From Callorhinchus milii (taxonomy: Eukaryota): 64,000 nt of DNA. The position numbers and the translations under genes were made by a program. The notes beneath the pieces are model-generated. The model was not told where the DNA came from, did not search any database, and saw nothing but the letters and a program-made list of their open reading frames with translations. The stretch lies in the NCBI RefSeq assembly GCF_018977255.1, contig NW_024704743.1, forward strand, positions 114,516,001-114,580,000, written 5' to 3'. Below are positions 1 through 12,489 of this stretch, piece after piece; position 1 is the first letter of the stretch; the number at the start of each line of letters is the position of its first letter.

Positions 1-534
1 CCCTCTGGAACGCAAAGCAATACTTTCATTTTCCCAAGTATCTTGCAAATAATCTCCAGGCATTGTTTCGAACATAGATCTGTAAAATGCCAGACCAGGA
101 ACTCTTCCAAAAGGTGTCATAATCAGAGAGTTAATGGTAGTTTTATGCTCCAAACAACTTTTATTATTATAAAAACACAGTATTTCAGAATATATCTCTC
201 CAGAGGCAAGTTCAGCCCAAGATAAAGTGCAAGAGGTACTCTAATTTGAGATGGTGTTTGAAAATAGGTCAGGCCTAAAATTGGTGTACATTGTTAACTC
301 TTAGAGTTCTGAGAGGGAAATTCCTACCTCCCTGGGTCAGCCAGTTTGTTTTTGTTTCAATTTACACCCTAATCTCGAATACTACAGTATCGAAATTACT
401 GACATATCAGGACTTTTTTTTATTACATTGAATGCAACAGTGCAATGCAATGCAAATGACAGCATTTAAAAAGTTCTGATGACCCTGTTCTATACAGTAT
501 ATTCTGTGAAGTATATTCTTTGAGACAGCTCAAT

Positions 535-693
535 AAATTGGTCACTTCAATCCACGACTGTTTGTGGCACACTGCTGCGTGCAATTGGCTGCTGCGTTTA
601 TACAGTCAATTCACTTTACAGTATATTCTGTGAAGTGCTTTGAGACGCCTCGAAGATGTGATAAGGTGCGATCAAATGCAAGGATTATTATTA
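535..693 (+). mobile_element. SINE 3' half (Deu-like 3' body plus L2-type tail, (ATT)n end)
   Basis: TTGGTCACTTCAATCCACGACTGTTTGTGG...GAGACGCCTCGAAGATGTGATAAGG...AAATGCAAGGATTATTATT; matches the 3' half of the full copies at 52674 and 48404. Confidence 0.85.
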
Positions 694-1074
694 ATATCTC
701 ACTGACGTGATAAGGCCCTATATCTTCTGCAAGGATTATTATCCTAAATCTGCCTCCATTTTCTCTGTTCTTTCTTGCTCTCTAAACTATCCCAGTTTTA
801 TTACATTTAATCTTTTTCTAACAAATTTAATCTATCGGATTTTCAAATTCTTTTCTAACTTTAACATTAACTGTGAAACCTCAAGATGCCTCTCATTCAT
901 CCTCCTGTAATAATAATCCTTATAATAATCCTTGCATTTGATATAGCGCCTTATCACGTCTTCTGCTGCCAAGAGGACGTGTCACAGTCATCTCCCATCC
1001 AAAGGCACAGACAGAAAGCCAATACTTTTGTGTGAGCAGCTTGGTTGATAATGAGGAAAATCTTTATTCATAAG

Positions 1075-1278
1075 TGTCAGCCTGGTCTAGTTGGTAGCAG
1101 TCTGTCTGACTTTTGAGTTAGAAGGTTGAAGGCTGTGGGTTCAAGGCCCACGTTGGGACTTTGAACTCATAATTTAGCCTGCCACTCCAATCCAGAGCTG
1201 TGGGGAGTGTTACGCTGTTGAACCCAGGTCCCATAAGGCAAGAGTGCTACTCTTTTTCTAAATGAGCCAGGCTAACAA
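1075..1278 (+). mobile_element. DeuSINE 5' part followed by an inverted SINE head fragment
   Basis: tRNA-like head (GTCAGCCTGGTCTAGTTGGTAGCA...GGGTTCAAG), then CCACTCCAA...GGGGAGTGT; 1218-1278 reads as a second head on the minus strand. Confidence 0.6.
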
Positions 1279-1500
1279 AATAGTGAAATGAAGAATTTCG
1301 CCCCACTGATCTCAGTCAATGCTGCATCACAGCGGTCTGCTTTAGTTTGTTCTTTCCCCTAATTCTTAAATCCACTGAGCTACGGGAATGCGGCTGAAGC
1401 CCAAATGGCAACCTCTGGGCATTACTCCAAGGCCGTTTCTCTCCCAAATTTCCCATTGTGTTTTACTAATACTGATTCTTGTGTACCACTGACCTTCTGA

Positions 1501-1531
<31 letters not shown>

Positions 1532-1751
1532 CATCCTATTCTTCACTATCATTATCAAGAATGGAGTCTGCCACCTCCTCATCAACAAAATCACCATTTA
1601 TCAGCAACTCATGAATATTGATGATTGCTGGTTTAACTCCCAACTCCATTGGAAAAATCGAAAATCTTTCCAGAATTTATAGTAATAATAATAATCCCTG
1701 CATTTGACATACTGTAGCACGTTTCACGTCCTCGAGACATCTCAAAGAACT

Positions 1752-4700
1752 TCAACAAGAACTTGGATTTATATAGCGCCCTCCACACCAGACTGCGTCT
1801 CAGAGCACTTCACAGTAACGGATCCAGGGGGAGGGGGTGGAAGGTGACCAAAGCTGCGGTTGAAAAGAAAGGTCTTCAGCAGAGACCTGAAAATAGGAAG
1901 AGAGGGGGCGAGGCGAAGGGAGTGAGTAAGGGAGTTCCAGAGCTTCAGGGCGTAGTGGCTGATGGCATGGCCGCCGAGGGTGAAGCAGAGGACTCAGGGT
2001 GAGGATCTTGAAATCAATCCTCTCTGGGACAGGCAGCCAGTGCAGTCTGGCAACGACTGCGGTAATCAGGGAGCGGAGTTTGATGCAGGTAAGAATGTGG
2101 GCGGCAGAGTTTTGTATAATCTGAATTTTATGGATGGTAGTGGAGGAGAGGCCAGCGAGGAGGGTGTTAGAATAGTCCAGCCGAGAGGTGACAAAGGCAT
2201 GGACCAGGGTTTCTGCGGCTTTCGGAGAGAGGTATTAGCGGAGACAGGCGATGAGTCGGAGGTGGAAGAAAGCGGTGCTGGTGAGGGACCGGATGTGGGG
2301 GAAGAAGGATAATTGGGGGTCGAACCTGACGCCTAGGTTGCGTACTGGTTCAGAGAGTTTTAGGGGGAGGTCGGGTAGGTAGAGGAGGTGAGAACCGTGA
2401 GATTTTAGACTTCGACGAGAGCCAAAGAGTATGTCTTCCGTCTTGTCAACATTCAGCTGAAGAAAATTTGCACTCATCCAGCCTCTGAGGTCTGACAGGT
2501 GGGCTGATAGAACATCAGGGGACTGGGGGTCGCAAACTGAGGTGGAAAAATAGAGTTGGGGTCGTCTGTATACATGTGGAAGTGTACCCCGTGTCTGCGG
2601 ATGGCATATCCAAGAGGGAGCATGTAGATCAGAAAGAGGGTCAAGGATGGATCCTTGGGGTACCCCGCTGATAACTGGGTGAGAGCGGGAGGAGAAGCCG
2701 TTTGTGCAGATGTACTGCTGGCAGTTTGTGAGGTAGGACTCGAACCAGGCAAGTGCGGTCCCACTGAGGTGAATGACGGAGGAAAGGCGGTGGAGGAGGA
2801 TAGCGTGATCGACTGTGTCGAAAGCAGTGGAAAGGTCCAGGAGGACAAGGAGGCAGAGGGAGCCCTTGTCACAGATAGAGAGGATGGCATTTGTGACTTT
2901 CACAAGTGCAGTTTCTGTACTGTGGGCAGGGCGGAAGCTGGACTAGAGGCATTCAAAGAGGGAGTGGGAGGAGAGGTGTGCGCAGAGTTGATTGACTACA
3001 ATGTGTTCTAGGACCTTTGCGAGGAAGGGCAGGTTAGAAATAGGGCGGAAGAGGCTGGGGTTTGAGGATCTAGGGAAGGTTTTTTGAGGAGGGGGAGTTT
3101 TGAGGGGGGCAGGGACTGATCTGGAGAGGGACTGGTTGATGACATCAGCCAGTAGTGGGCAGAGGAGGGGGAGCTGGGTGACCAGCAAGTTGGTGGGTTT
3201 TATTGAGGTGATGGTGGGTGAGAGGGAGGAGGGAGAGATGGGGAGGAAGGAATGTAGGATGGGGGTGGTGGAAGGAGCTGATGATGGGGAGGGTGAGGGG
3301 GATGGAGAGGGCATGGTGGTGGGTGACAAGAGGCAGGTGGGTGAGGCTGCCTGGCGGATGTTGTGTATTTTAGATGAAAAGAAGTCCAAAACCTCCTCGC
3401 ACTTGGCAGTGGATGTGAAAATTGAGGAGGCCTGAGGGGAGGGCATGGAAGAGGTAGTGGGTGGTGGAAAAAAGGATGTTGATTGTTTTTAGCTTCCAAG
3501 ATGATGTTGGAGTAGAAGGCCGTTTTTGCGTGTGTCAAAGAATGCCGGTAGCTGTGGAGATGCTCGAGCCACAGTTGACGGTGAACTGTCAGGCTAGTTT
3601 TCCGCCATCTGCGCTAGAGCAGCCGGGTTTGGGTTTTTAGGCAGCGGAGATGATTGTTGTACCAGGGGGATCAAGTGGGTTTGGAGATGGTCCTGGATTT
3701 CAGGGGGACGAGGGAGTTGAAGGTGGAGGGGAAGCGATCATGGAGCAGCTGGACGGCTGCTTCAGGATTTCCATGGGTGGAAGGCCAGATGGATAGGATA
3801 TTTGATGGTGTGAGGGTCTTTGTCTCAGGGGGTAGCCTTTTCCATGGGCGGTAGAGAATGGTTGAGGGCTTGGTGGCGGAGAGAGGAATATAAGAAGAGA
3901 AGATGAAGAAGTGGTCCGAGATGGCCTTGTCCACTATGCTAAGGTCGGAAATGTCAAGGCTGTGGGTGATAAAGAGGTCATGGGCATGACCACGGTTGTG
4001 GGTAGGTGAATTTATGTGAAGGGTGAGGTTTAGGGAGGAGAGGAGGGCAGTGAAGTGGGCAGAAGTGGTGCAAGGGGAATTTAGATGGAGTTTGAAATTG
4101 CCTATTATGAGCAGGCGTTCGGAGCAGAGGGACAGGGAAGAGAGGAGAGTAGAGATATCAGAGAGGAAGGAGCCAGGAGGCTTAGAGGGGTGGTAGACCA
4201 GGAGGATTTTCAGTGGGAGAGAGGGATGGAAGAGGGTGAGGTTCTCGAAGGAGTGGAAGCAGCCAGAGGAGTAGGGAGTAAGACCAAGGGAGGCTTTGGA
4301 AATGAAGGCCACCCGGCCGCCATGTTAGTTTGGACGGGGGGGCGTGGTGGAAGGTGTAGCCTGGAGGGGAGGCTTCAACTGGGGGAAGGGGTCATTGGGG
4401 GAGAGCCAGGTTTCGGTGAGCCCAAGAATGTCAAGGTGCTCGTCCAGGATGAGGTCGTGGATGGTGAAGGCTTTGTTTGAGAGGGAACGGACATTTTGGA
4501 GGGAAATGCGTGTGGGTTTGCTGGAGATGGGAGAGGCAGGAGAGATGGTTGTGGAGAGTGGTGTGAGTGGAGAGTTGGGGAGGGTACGTATGAGGGAGGA
4601 GGAAGTTGGGTTTGCCTTAAGGAGCGGTTTGAGCGGAGGGAGTGAATGGTTGGACACTGGGGTTGCTGCTCTGGGACAGCCAGTGCCGCGAGCCACGATG

Positions 4701-4890
4701 GGCCTGGCGGAGGATGCCCAGGCTGGAGCAGAGGGAAGTGGTGATGGGGTCGAGGAGAGAGCGAAGGCGGGGAGGGCGTTGGGAGAGAAGGACAGAGGGG
4801 GAATAGCGGATAGAGGGGAGTGGGAGGAGAGGCATAGAGGTGGGTGGGAGGAGAGATATTTAGAGTGGAGGGGGAGGCTCGAGTCAAGGT
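1752..4890 (-). mobile_element. L2-clade LINE with near-complete but frameshifted ORF2 (APE endonuclease and reverse transcriptase)
   Basis: Minus-strand ORF fragments: SLQNVRSLSNK...LGLTETWL (endonuclease), PTHNRGHAHDL, ISDH, FRPISNLPFLAKVLE, LLDLSTAFDTVDH, GVPQGSIL, HMYTDD (YADD), VRNLGVRFD. 3' tail GGCGCTATATAAATCCAAGTTCTTGTTG near 1752-1780. Confidence 0.92.
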
Positions 4891-5079
4891 TATGTCTACC
4901 TTTTCTAGCAATGTGTGTCAGTCTAAAGGATATTTTAACAAGCGAGTTACAATATCCTTTAGATTGGCACACACACCAACAACTCTGGTGCAGGAAATAA
5001 TGGTAAACTCTGTATTTGAACTTCTGGTAACAGGAAGCAGAATTCCAGATGACATTTGCTAGGTGAGAACTCCACAGGA

Positions 5080-5340
5080 TCTCACAGAGAGTTACAACGT
5101 ACAAACAGACCGTTTGGCCGAATTAATCAATGCCAGTGTTTATATGCCACATGAACCTCCACTCACCCCCTTAATCCACTCCCGAATACCCTCTTCCCTT
5201 CCCTCTCATAAAGTTTCCTCTTAAATATGTTGATGTTGTCTGCTTTAATCACAGCTTCTGGCAGTGAGTTCCACGTTCTCATCGCCCTCTGTGTGAAGAT
5301 GATCCTCCTAAACTCCTTTTGAGATCTGCTAGTGGCTATC
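5080..5340 (-). mobile_element. CR1 LINE 3' fragment
   Basis: FTQRAMRTWNSLPEAVIKADNINIFKRKL matches the CR1 ORF2 C-terminus and is followed by a CR1-like 3' UTR. Confidence 0.8.
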
Positions 5341-5809
5341 ATATCAGTGCCCCCTTGTTTTGGACACACCGACAGTGGAAACAACCTATTACATTCACCT
5401 TAGAGAATCCTTTCATAATCGTAAATGTATCAGGAGTTCCATGGTTAATATTCTGTGCACATGTTTTGCAACTGCCGGAGCTCCGTTCCTGGCACAGAAA
5501 CAGATCTATGTCAGGCACAAACAACTCTCAGCTGAGCTCTCTTCCACAATAAGGTCCTGAATACCCATCTTTCCCATTCTACCCAGCTCTACTAACTTTC
5601 CCTATACGGATAGCTTTCAAAATCCTCATGGTCAATTCAAGACCATCCCATGGGCTAATCATGTGCAGTGCTGCGTCCTAGTTCACACCAGCAATCATTT
5701 AATCCCGATTTATTCCTTGTCCTTAGTTACATAGATATTGTAAAAGAAAAGGATTGGCCTCTGCTCAATATGAGAACTTGAAAGTTCCAGGACGAACCAA
5801 TAACCTTCA

Positions 5810-6100
5810 CATTTGATAGAGCATCATATAATGTCAAAATATCTTGAAGGGTTTCACAAGTAATTGCTGTCAAGTGTAGTCACTGTATTTGTAGGCAAAA
5901 CCAACAACTATTTTGTGCAGAATAAGGTCTCACAAATAGCTATGAAGAGAATGACCAGTTTTATCTGGGGCATTGTTGACCGGACAACAGGAGAAACTCC
6001 ATTCTCCTTTCAAAAAGTATTATGGAATATTTGACACTTGCTAGATTAGGTAAACATGACCTTGATTTAACACATCATCCAAAGGACAATACCGCACCTA
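5810..6100 (-). mobile_element. Degenerate DeuSINE
   Basis: GGAGAAACTCCATTCTC...TATGGAAT...TTTAACACATCATCCAAAGGAC, as in the better copy at 23735-24150. Confidence 0.65.
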
Positions 6101-6184
6101 TATCCCTCTTCTCTCTCATGTATACAAGTTTCCTGTTAAATACATTAAAGAGTCCAAATTATAATAATAACTGCTTCTATTAAT

Positions 6185-6350
6185 ATAGTAATTGGTCACT
6201 CAATCCACAATTGTTTGTAGGAAACTGCTGTGTGCTGTCACGCTTTGCCCACAAAATGTACAGTCGATTCACTTTACAGCATATTCTTTGCTTTGAGACG
6301 TCTCAAAGACGTGATAAGGCGCTATATGAAATGAAAGGATTATTATTATA
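6185..6350 (+). mobile_element. SINE 3' half inserted into a CR1 3' fragment (about 6100-6460, minus strand)
   Basis: SINE body and tail interrupt a CR1 segment similar to 5205-5340. Confidence 0.75.
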
Positions 6351-6904
6351 TTGATGCTTTTTGCTTTAACCACAGCTTCTGGCAGTGAGCTTCAAATTCT
6401 TACCAGTCTCTGCTTTAAGAAATTCCTCTTAAATTCCCTTTTATATCTGCTACTAACTTATAGCTAACTTGTGCTGTAAATCAACTTGCTCTATGTGAAA
6501 TACTTTGAGTTGCCCTAATGACATCAAAGGCAACTATATAAATGTAAAAAACGTAATAGCTGACAACAAAAATTGCTTTTGTGCTCAAAGCGCCAAGTGC
6601 TTTAAGAAACTCAGAATTCTCAAGTAACTAAAGCATCCCGTCATTCACATTGTGTCAAAGTTAAATAGTTCCTGCTGATTTTAAAATAGAGTTTGCAGCA
6701 AAAACATATCTCTGTTCTTGAGTTAATTGAATCAAACCTGATTAATGCAAACTTCAAATCTGAAAATTTGAATAATTCAATAATCTAGTTCCTACTTCTT
6801 TCTCTCATCTGTAATTTCAACCTTCTTTTATACCTAGTACAATCCACACTTTGATGTACATGACTGTTGACACTGGCCATGACTTTGTAGGATATGTACC
6901 GATA

Positions 6905-7258
6905 TTATAATAAATAAATAATAATTCTTGCATTTGATATAGCGCCATATCACATTTTTGAGATGTCTCAAAGCGTTTCACAGAATATACTGTCAAGTGA
7001 ATTGACTATGTTTTGTGGGCAAAACGCAGCACCAATTGCGCAGTTGAGTGAATTGAGTGACCAATTTCTTTTTTTTGGAGGAATTATTACCCCCAGAAAA
7101 CCTATCCGCCAATCAACTAACAACTGAGTTGCTACTTACTCCTAGTTAAACAGAGAGGTGTGGAATAAGGAAACTTGCCCCCCAGAAAACTTGCTCGGAA
7201 TCGAACCCAGGTCTCCACTTGCGAGGCGAGTGCTCTAACCACTGAACTACATGACTCC
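6905..7258 (-). mobile_element. Full-length tRNA-head SINE (long form)
   Basis: Minus strand GGAGTCATGTAGTTCAGTGGTTAGAGCAC...GGTTCGATTCC (A and B boxes), body and (ATT)n tail. Confidence 0.9.
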
Positions 7259-8189
7259 AAAGGCATAACAATATGCCTTTGCTGAAGCACTCCTTGTTCA
7301 TCATAGACACAACAGGGCGCATTTACAAACTGAAAATTCCTTTTTTTTAAACAGAATCTTCAAATTAATCTTCACTCATTCTTTCCACTGTACCGTACCA
7401 GGGTTTGGGCAGCTTAGTGTTGATCCTGTGTAGGAAATGGAAACTTGTTCTAATCCCAACACTGGTTTGTGTCTTTCAGCTTGACAAGTTCACCAAATAA
7501 ATGTCACGTTTGTGAACAAAACAATTTTAAAGATCAAATATGGACACAAAATGTACCAAATAAAGACACAAGTGAACCAGAGTTGTTAAATTGCAATAAT
7601 CTTTAACATTATTTTTCATCAAGTTTTTATCCAATTCCCTTTTAAATGTTGCCTTCCACTCAGTTAATTCAACAGCCATTTGTGCGAGAGTATTTCACAT
7701 TCCAACAACCCTTTAGGTAATTTTTTTTTCTAACCTGCCCTTTAGACGTCGAGTTCCCACAGATATATTTAGATATAGACGTCTAAGGGAAATGCATGCT
7801 GAACATCCAGGGATCAGTCTGCACCTGTTTTTTTAACCACTTGCACCATAGTTAGTTGAAGAATTTCAGTCCGTCTTTTCATCTCATTTTATTGCTCCTC
7901 TTCCTTTCCCACCTCTGGGATTTCCAATTGAAGGAATAGATTTTTGTTGTGACATGGTCTATAAATTGTCTGATCGGTTGGTTGAGATGCATTGCTATGA
8001 CAGCCAGGAATTTGAGTTAATTGGTCTCTGAGGAGATGTTTCTCATGTTTTTGCATGAGCAGAAGATGTAGATTTATAGCTATAGAGCTATAAACGACCA
8101 GTAGTTACTATGCTCATCAAATGGGAGCCTCTGTTGTTGTAACTGGTTATCTGATTAGATCTCCAACTGCAAATTCACTCTGCTCAGTT

Positions 8190-8600
8190 CTCAGCTGGTA
8201 GCATACTTAGTTGTTAACATACTCTCCTCTGGGTTAGAAGGTTGTGATTTCAATACCCATCTGGAGATTTGAGCTCATGGTGCAATCTGGAGGAGTGCAT
8301 CATTGTTGCGCTGTCCATTGAATAAAATATTAAGCAAAATCCTGCCTCTATCTCTTTGGTGGATGTCAAGCTTCCCGTGACACTATGTGAAAAGCGAAGG
8401 AAGGGTCTCCCGGTGTCCGAGACAACAATCCTCCATATTAATCGTTCATTCACCTTGTGGCTGTTTGTGGAACTTGCTGTAAGCAAACCGACGGTTAAAT
8501 TTATCTACAAAAAAAACTGCACTTGAAAATAATTACTCTAAAAAGTTTGAGGGTTTTTTTTAGGCACGCTGTTGTATAAAAATACAAGTCCTTTTTTCCT
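8190..8600 (+). mobile_element. Degenerate DeuSINE
   Basis: Head-like start, then GGAGTGCATCATTGTTG...GGTGGATGTCAAGCTTCCCGTGACACTA...GGCTGTTTGTGGAACTTGCTGT. Confidence 0.65.
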
Positions 8601-10108
8601 TCATTTGTATTTGATAGCAAAGATGGTTATAATAGAGGCAAGTTCTCGCTGAATATACTGCAAGACAGACATATTGTTTCAGCTTGTTCCTGCCCCACTG
8701 AACTGATCTCCTCATATCTGGACTTCATTTTTGCTACTCCTGTCCAGGTCCTACCAACTTACATCTGTGACTCTTCTGACGCCCTCCGCCACTTGAACAA
8801 TTTCCAGTTGCCTGGCCCTGACCATCTCCTATTTACAATGGACGTTCAGTCCCTCTACACCTCCATCCCCCACAAAGATAGTCTGCAGGCCCTCTGCTTC
8901 CACCTCGAACAGCGGCACAACCAGTTTCCATCCACCACCATCCTCTGCTTGGCTGAACTTGTTCTGACATTGAACAACTTCACCACTTCCTCCAAGTAAA
9001 AGGTGGCACTTTGGGAACCTGCAAGTGTCCTAACCACGTCTGCCTGTTTGTTGGTCAACTGGATCACTCTTTGTTCCGGGCCTATTCAGGTCCATTCCCT
9101 GACCTGTTCCTCAGATACATTGACGACTGTGTTGAGGCCACTTCCTGCTCTCACAATAAGCTGGAAAAATTCACCAATTTCGCTTCCACTTTCCAACCCT
9201 CCATAACATTCACATGGTCTATCTCTGACTCTTCCCTTCCCCGACTTCACCATTTCCATCTCGGGGCATAGATTATCTACAGATATCTATTACAAGCCTG
9301 TCAACTCCCACAGTTACCTGGACTACACCTCCACCCACCCCGCCTCCTGTAAAGACTCCATTCCCTTTTCCCAGTCCCTCCCCTTCCGCCGCATCTGCTC
9401 TGATGATGCCACCTGAGCAACTGAAATGTCTTCCTTTTTTCTCGACCGAGGATTCTCATGCATTGTAGTAGATAGGGCCCTTGACCATATCTGTCCTATT
9501 TCCCGCACCTCTGCCCTCATCCCTTTTCTCTCTTCCTTAACCGTGATAGAGTCCCCCTAGTCCTCACCTTCCACCCCACGAGCCTCAACATCCAACAAAT
9601 AATTCTCCACCATTTCTGGCATCTCCAGCGTGATCCAACCACCAAACATATCTTTCCCTCCTCTCCCCTCTCAGCATTCCGAAGGGACCGTTCCCTCCGT
9701 GACTCCCTAGTTCATTCCTCCATCACCACCAATAGTTGCTCTTCTCCCCCCGGCACCTTCCCATACCAGCGCAGGAGATACAATGCTTGCCCTTTCACCT
9801 CCTCCCATACCATGGTCCAGGGCCCCAAACAAATTTTTCAAGTGAGCCAGTGATTTACGTGTACTACCACCAATATAGTATACTGCATTCGCTGCTCACG
9901 ATGTGGTCTTCTCTACACTGGGGAGACCAAACGCAGATTGGGCGACCAATTTGCCGAACACCTCCGTTCTGCCCGCAAGCAAAATCCTGAGCTTCAGGTT
10001 TCTTGCCATTTTAACTCTCCCTCCCACTCGCACTATGACCTCTCCATCCATGGTCTCCTATGCAATTCCAATGAATCACAGCGCAAGTTTGAAGAACAGG
10101 AACCTCAT

Positions 10109-10393
10109 AATAAGAATAATCCTTGCATTTGTTATAGCGCTTTTCACGTCTTCTAGACATCCCAAAGCTCTTCACAGAATATACTGTAAAGTGAATTGAC
10201 TATATATTTGTGGACGAACTCGGCATCCAATTGCGCACAGCAGTGTCCCACAAACAATCGTAGATTGAAAATGACCAATTTATTATTGGTTTTTTTTGAG
10301 GGATTATTATTAGGCGTGTGGAGTAAGGAAACTTGCCCAAGGTTTCTCCCTGCCTGGAATTGAACTCAGGTCTCTCACTTGCATAGCGAGTGC
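10109..10393 (-). mobile_element. tRNA-head SINE (short, internally deleted form) nested in the Penelope-like element
   Basis: Splits the EEQ.LI|..LGTLQP coding sequence and lacks the roughly 60-bp internal segment of the long form. Confidence 0.88.
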
Positions 10394-10731
10394 TTCTATC
10401 TGCTAGGGACCTTACAGCCCTCTGGCCTCAATACTGATTTCAATAATTTCAGACCATAACAGCTCACCTTCCCCCTCCCCCTCTTCTGCAACCACTTCAT
10501 CTAGGTCCCAGACACATCTTTTCTCTCTCTGGTCTGCCTGTTTTGTTGCAATTCCCCCACTTTGATTTGCAGTATTAAACCTTGTTTCCCGTTGTTTTGT
10601 TGCAATCCCCCCATTTGTTTTGCATCAGTAACCCACCATCCCTTGTCCTCTACCCCATTTTCTCCTTTGTCTTCCTTGCCCTGCCTCCCCCCTCTGTTAA
10701 TCCTTAAAAGCCTCTCCCTCCCAACATGCCC

Positions 10732-10770
10732 CAGTTCTGATGAAGGATCATGGACCCAAAACATTGACTC
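10732..10770 (+). ncRNA. Decayed minimal hammerhead ribozyme motif in the Penelope-like 3' repeat
   Basis: CAGTT-CTGATGA-AGGATC ATG GACCC-AAAA-CATT-GACTC: CUGAUGA core, stem II, GAAA mutated to AAAA, and stem I AGTT/GACT. Confidence 0.6.
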
Positions 10771-10919
10771 ACTTTCCTTTCTCCATAGATGCTACCTGAC
10801 CTGCTGAGTGTTCCCGACCTGTTTTTATTTCAGATTTCCAGTATCTGCAGTATTTTGCGTTTTTTTATATACTGTAAAGTGAATTGACTGTACAGTTTTG
10901 TGGGTGATACTGTATGTAG

Positions 10920-11087
10920 GATACCCTCACTCACTCCATGGCTGTTTGTGGGACCCTGCTGTGCACAAACAATTACTGACGCATTTCGCCCACAAAATAC
11001 AGAGTCAATACACTTTACATTATATCCTGTGAAGCGCTTTGAGAAGTCTCAATGACTATATCAAATGCAAGAATGATTATTATTATT
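10920..11087 (+). mobile_element. SINE 3' half
   Basis: GGCTGTTTGTGGGACCCTGCTGTGCAC...GTGAAGCGCTTTGAGA...CAAATGCAAGAATGATTATTATT. Confidence 0.8.
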
Positions 11088-12489
11088 CTGTGGGAAAGAA
11101 ATATCTGCTTACCCAAATTATTCCACTGGTCAATAATTTCACTCAGTTTGAATGTTACAATGGGTCAACTGGTGCAGCAAAAATTGGAAATTCAGTGAAC
11201 GAATGAACGAACCACAGAATAACAGATTCAAGGAAAATCATGGATAATTAAGACATCCTTATTTTGACCTTGACTCAGACTTATACTTATGTAGCAGATG
11301 GGTTGCTAACTAGTCACACTTTCAATTTTCCTAATCTGAAGTAACCTCTTGCCTCTGTCAAATTAACTGCTGCGACTTGCGGAATGTTTCATTCAATGAA
11401 TGGGAATATTTCCCCAAATTTATTAAAAGAATTGAAGCATAATATAAAGCAAAACTGTCTTCTTTAATTTAATTTTAGCCATCACTATATTCTTGAGCTG
11501 AGGCCTAAAATAAGGTCCTTCTTAATTGGATTCCTCAATCAAGACAGTAAATAAGGATTCATCAAGTAATATAGTTATGTGTCATGGAAACACACCATTC
11601 AAACTAACTAGTCCATGCAAGTGTTTATACTCCACACAAGCTACCACCCTTACCAATACACTTCGATTCCATTCAACTGCACTTATTCCTTCTTGTAACT
11701 GCCCATCAATCACAAGGGAACACTGTTCTAACATAATCTATTTCCAGTGCTGGGTTCCCAAGATTTGGTGCGATTTCTTATTGGATATCTTATTAAGAAA
11801 TACCATCAGAGAAATTACACCGTTTGGATTCCTCTAAGTCTTAAGCTCTCCACAGACCAGTTTATTCCAGTCAGTAACACATATCACATTGTGAGTCGCT
11901 ACGTGGAATGGTAAAAATTATGGAATCTCCTAATGCTTAAATACACTGGTGAAGCAGTACCCTTTGCAATATGTCAGGCAATATATCACTGAAGCTCAAT
12001 ATATTTGTCTGAGTATCCACAAGGGTAAAATTAGATCGCAGCTTGCTTTTTATTTAATGGATGTAAGAGTAGAAAGCAATATCGGCATTTTAATGAAATA
12101 CTCTCTCCGTGCATGTACATGCAGTTCATTTTCTCCCCTGATTGCTCAGCACTGCAATGCCATTATGAGCCAGGCAGCTTGAAAGCCCAAGGGTTAAAAT
12201 TGATGCATGCAGCCCAATTATACTGATGATCTATCAATAGATCTCCCTCTGCAGAGTGCTAACCAAAATTATGCCACAATCTTAGAATTGCCATGGCTCT
12301 GTAATTGCCATTTATTATTGCTTTAACTAGTCCCAGGAGATAATCTCAAACTTCAGGAGTTTGATGGCCGTATTTATCAGCTTTGAGATCCAACATAATT
12401 ATGGACACTAGCACTTAGTTGCTGATCCCTCACTTTTCAGACTTTTTTTTAAAAAAATGTTCTTTTTAAGAATGTGCAGCCAGAGTTAT

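Larger units (their letters stand above)
8664..10860 (+). mobile_element. Penelope-like retroelement, 5'-truncated (RT, Cys-rich linker, GIY-YIG endonuclease, 3' repeat), interrupted by a SINE
   Basis: IVSACSCPTELISSYLD, LFTMDVQSLYTSIPH, MGT, FLRYIDD, SHSYLDYTSTHP, a linker reading GTFPYQRRRYNACP, CSRCGLLYTGETKRRLGDQFAEH (GIY-YIG) and LGTLQPSGLN. Several frameshifts and stops. A Cys-rich linker is, as I recall, typical of the Neptune group. Confidence 0.9.

Noticed and set aside
1763..5000. Plus-strand Gly/Glu-rich ORFs
   Set aside because: They are antisense readings of the C-rich L2 element.
7738..7789. Short inverted repeat TTAGACGTC...GACGTCTAA as a MITE
   Set aside because: The arms are only 9-12 bp, there is no TSD and no second copy in the window.
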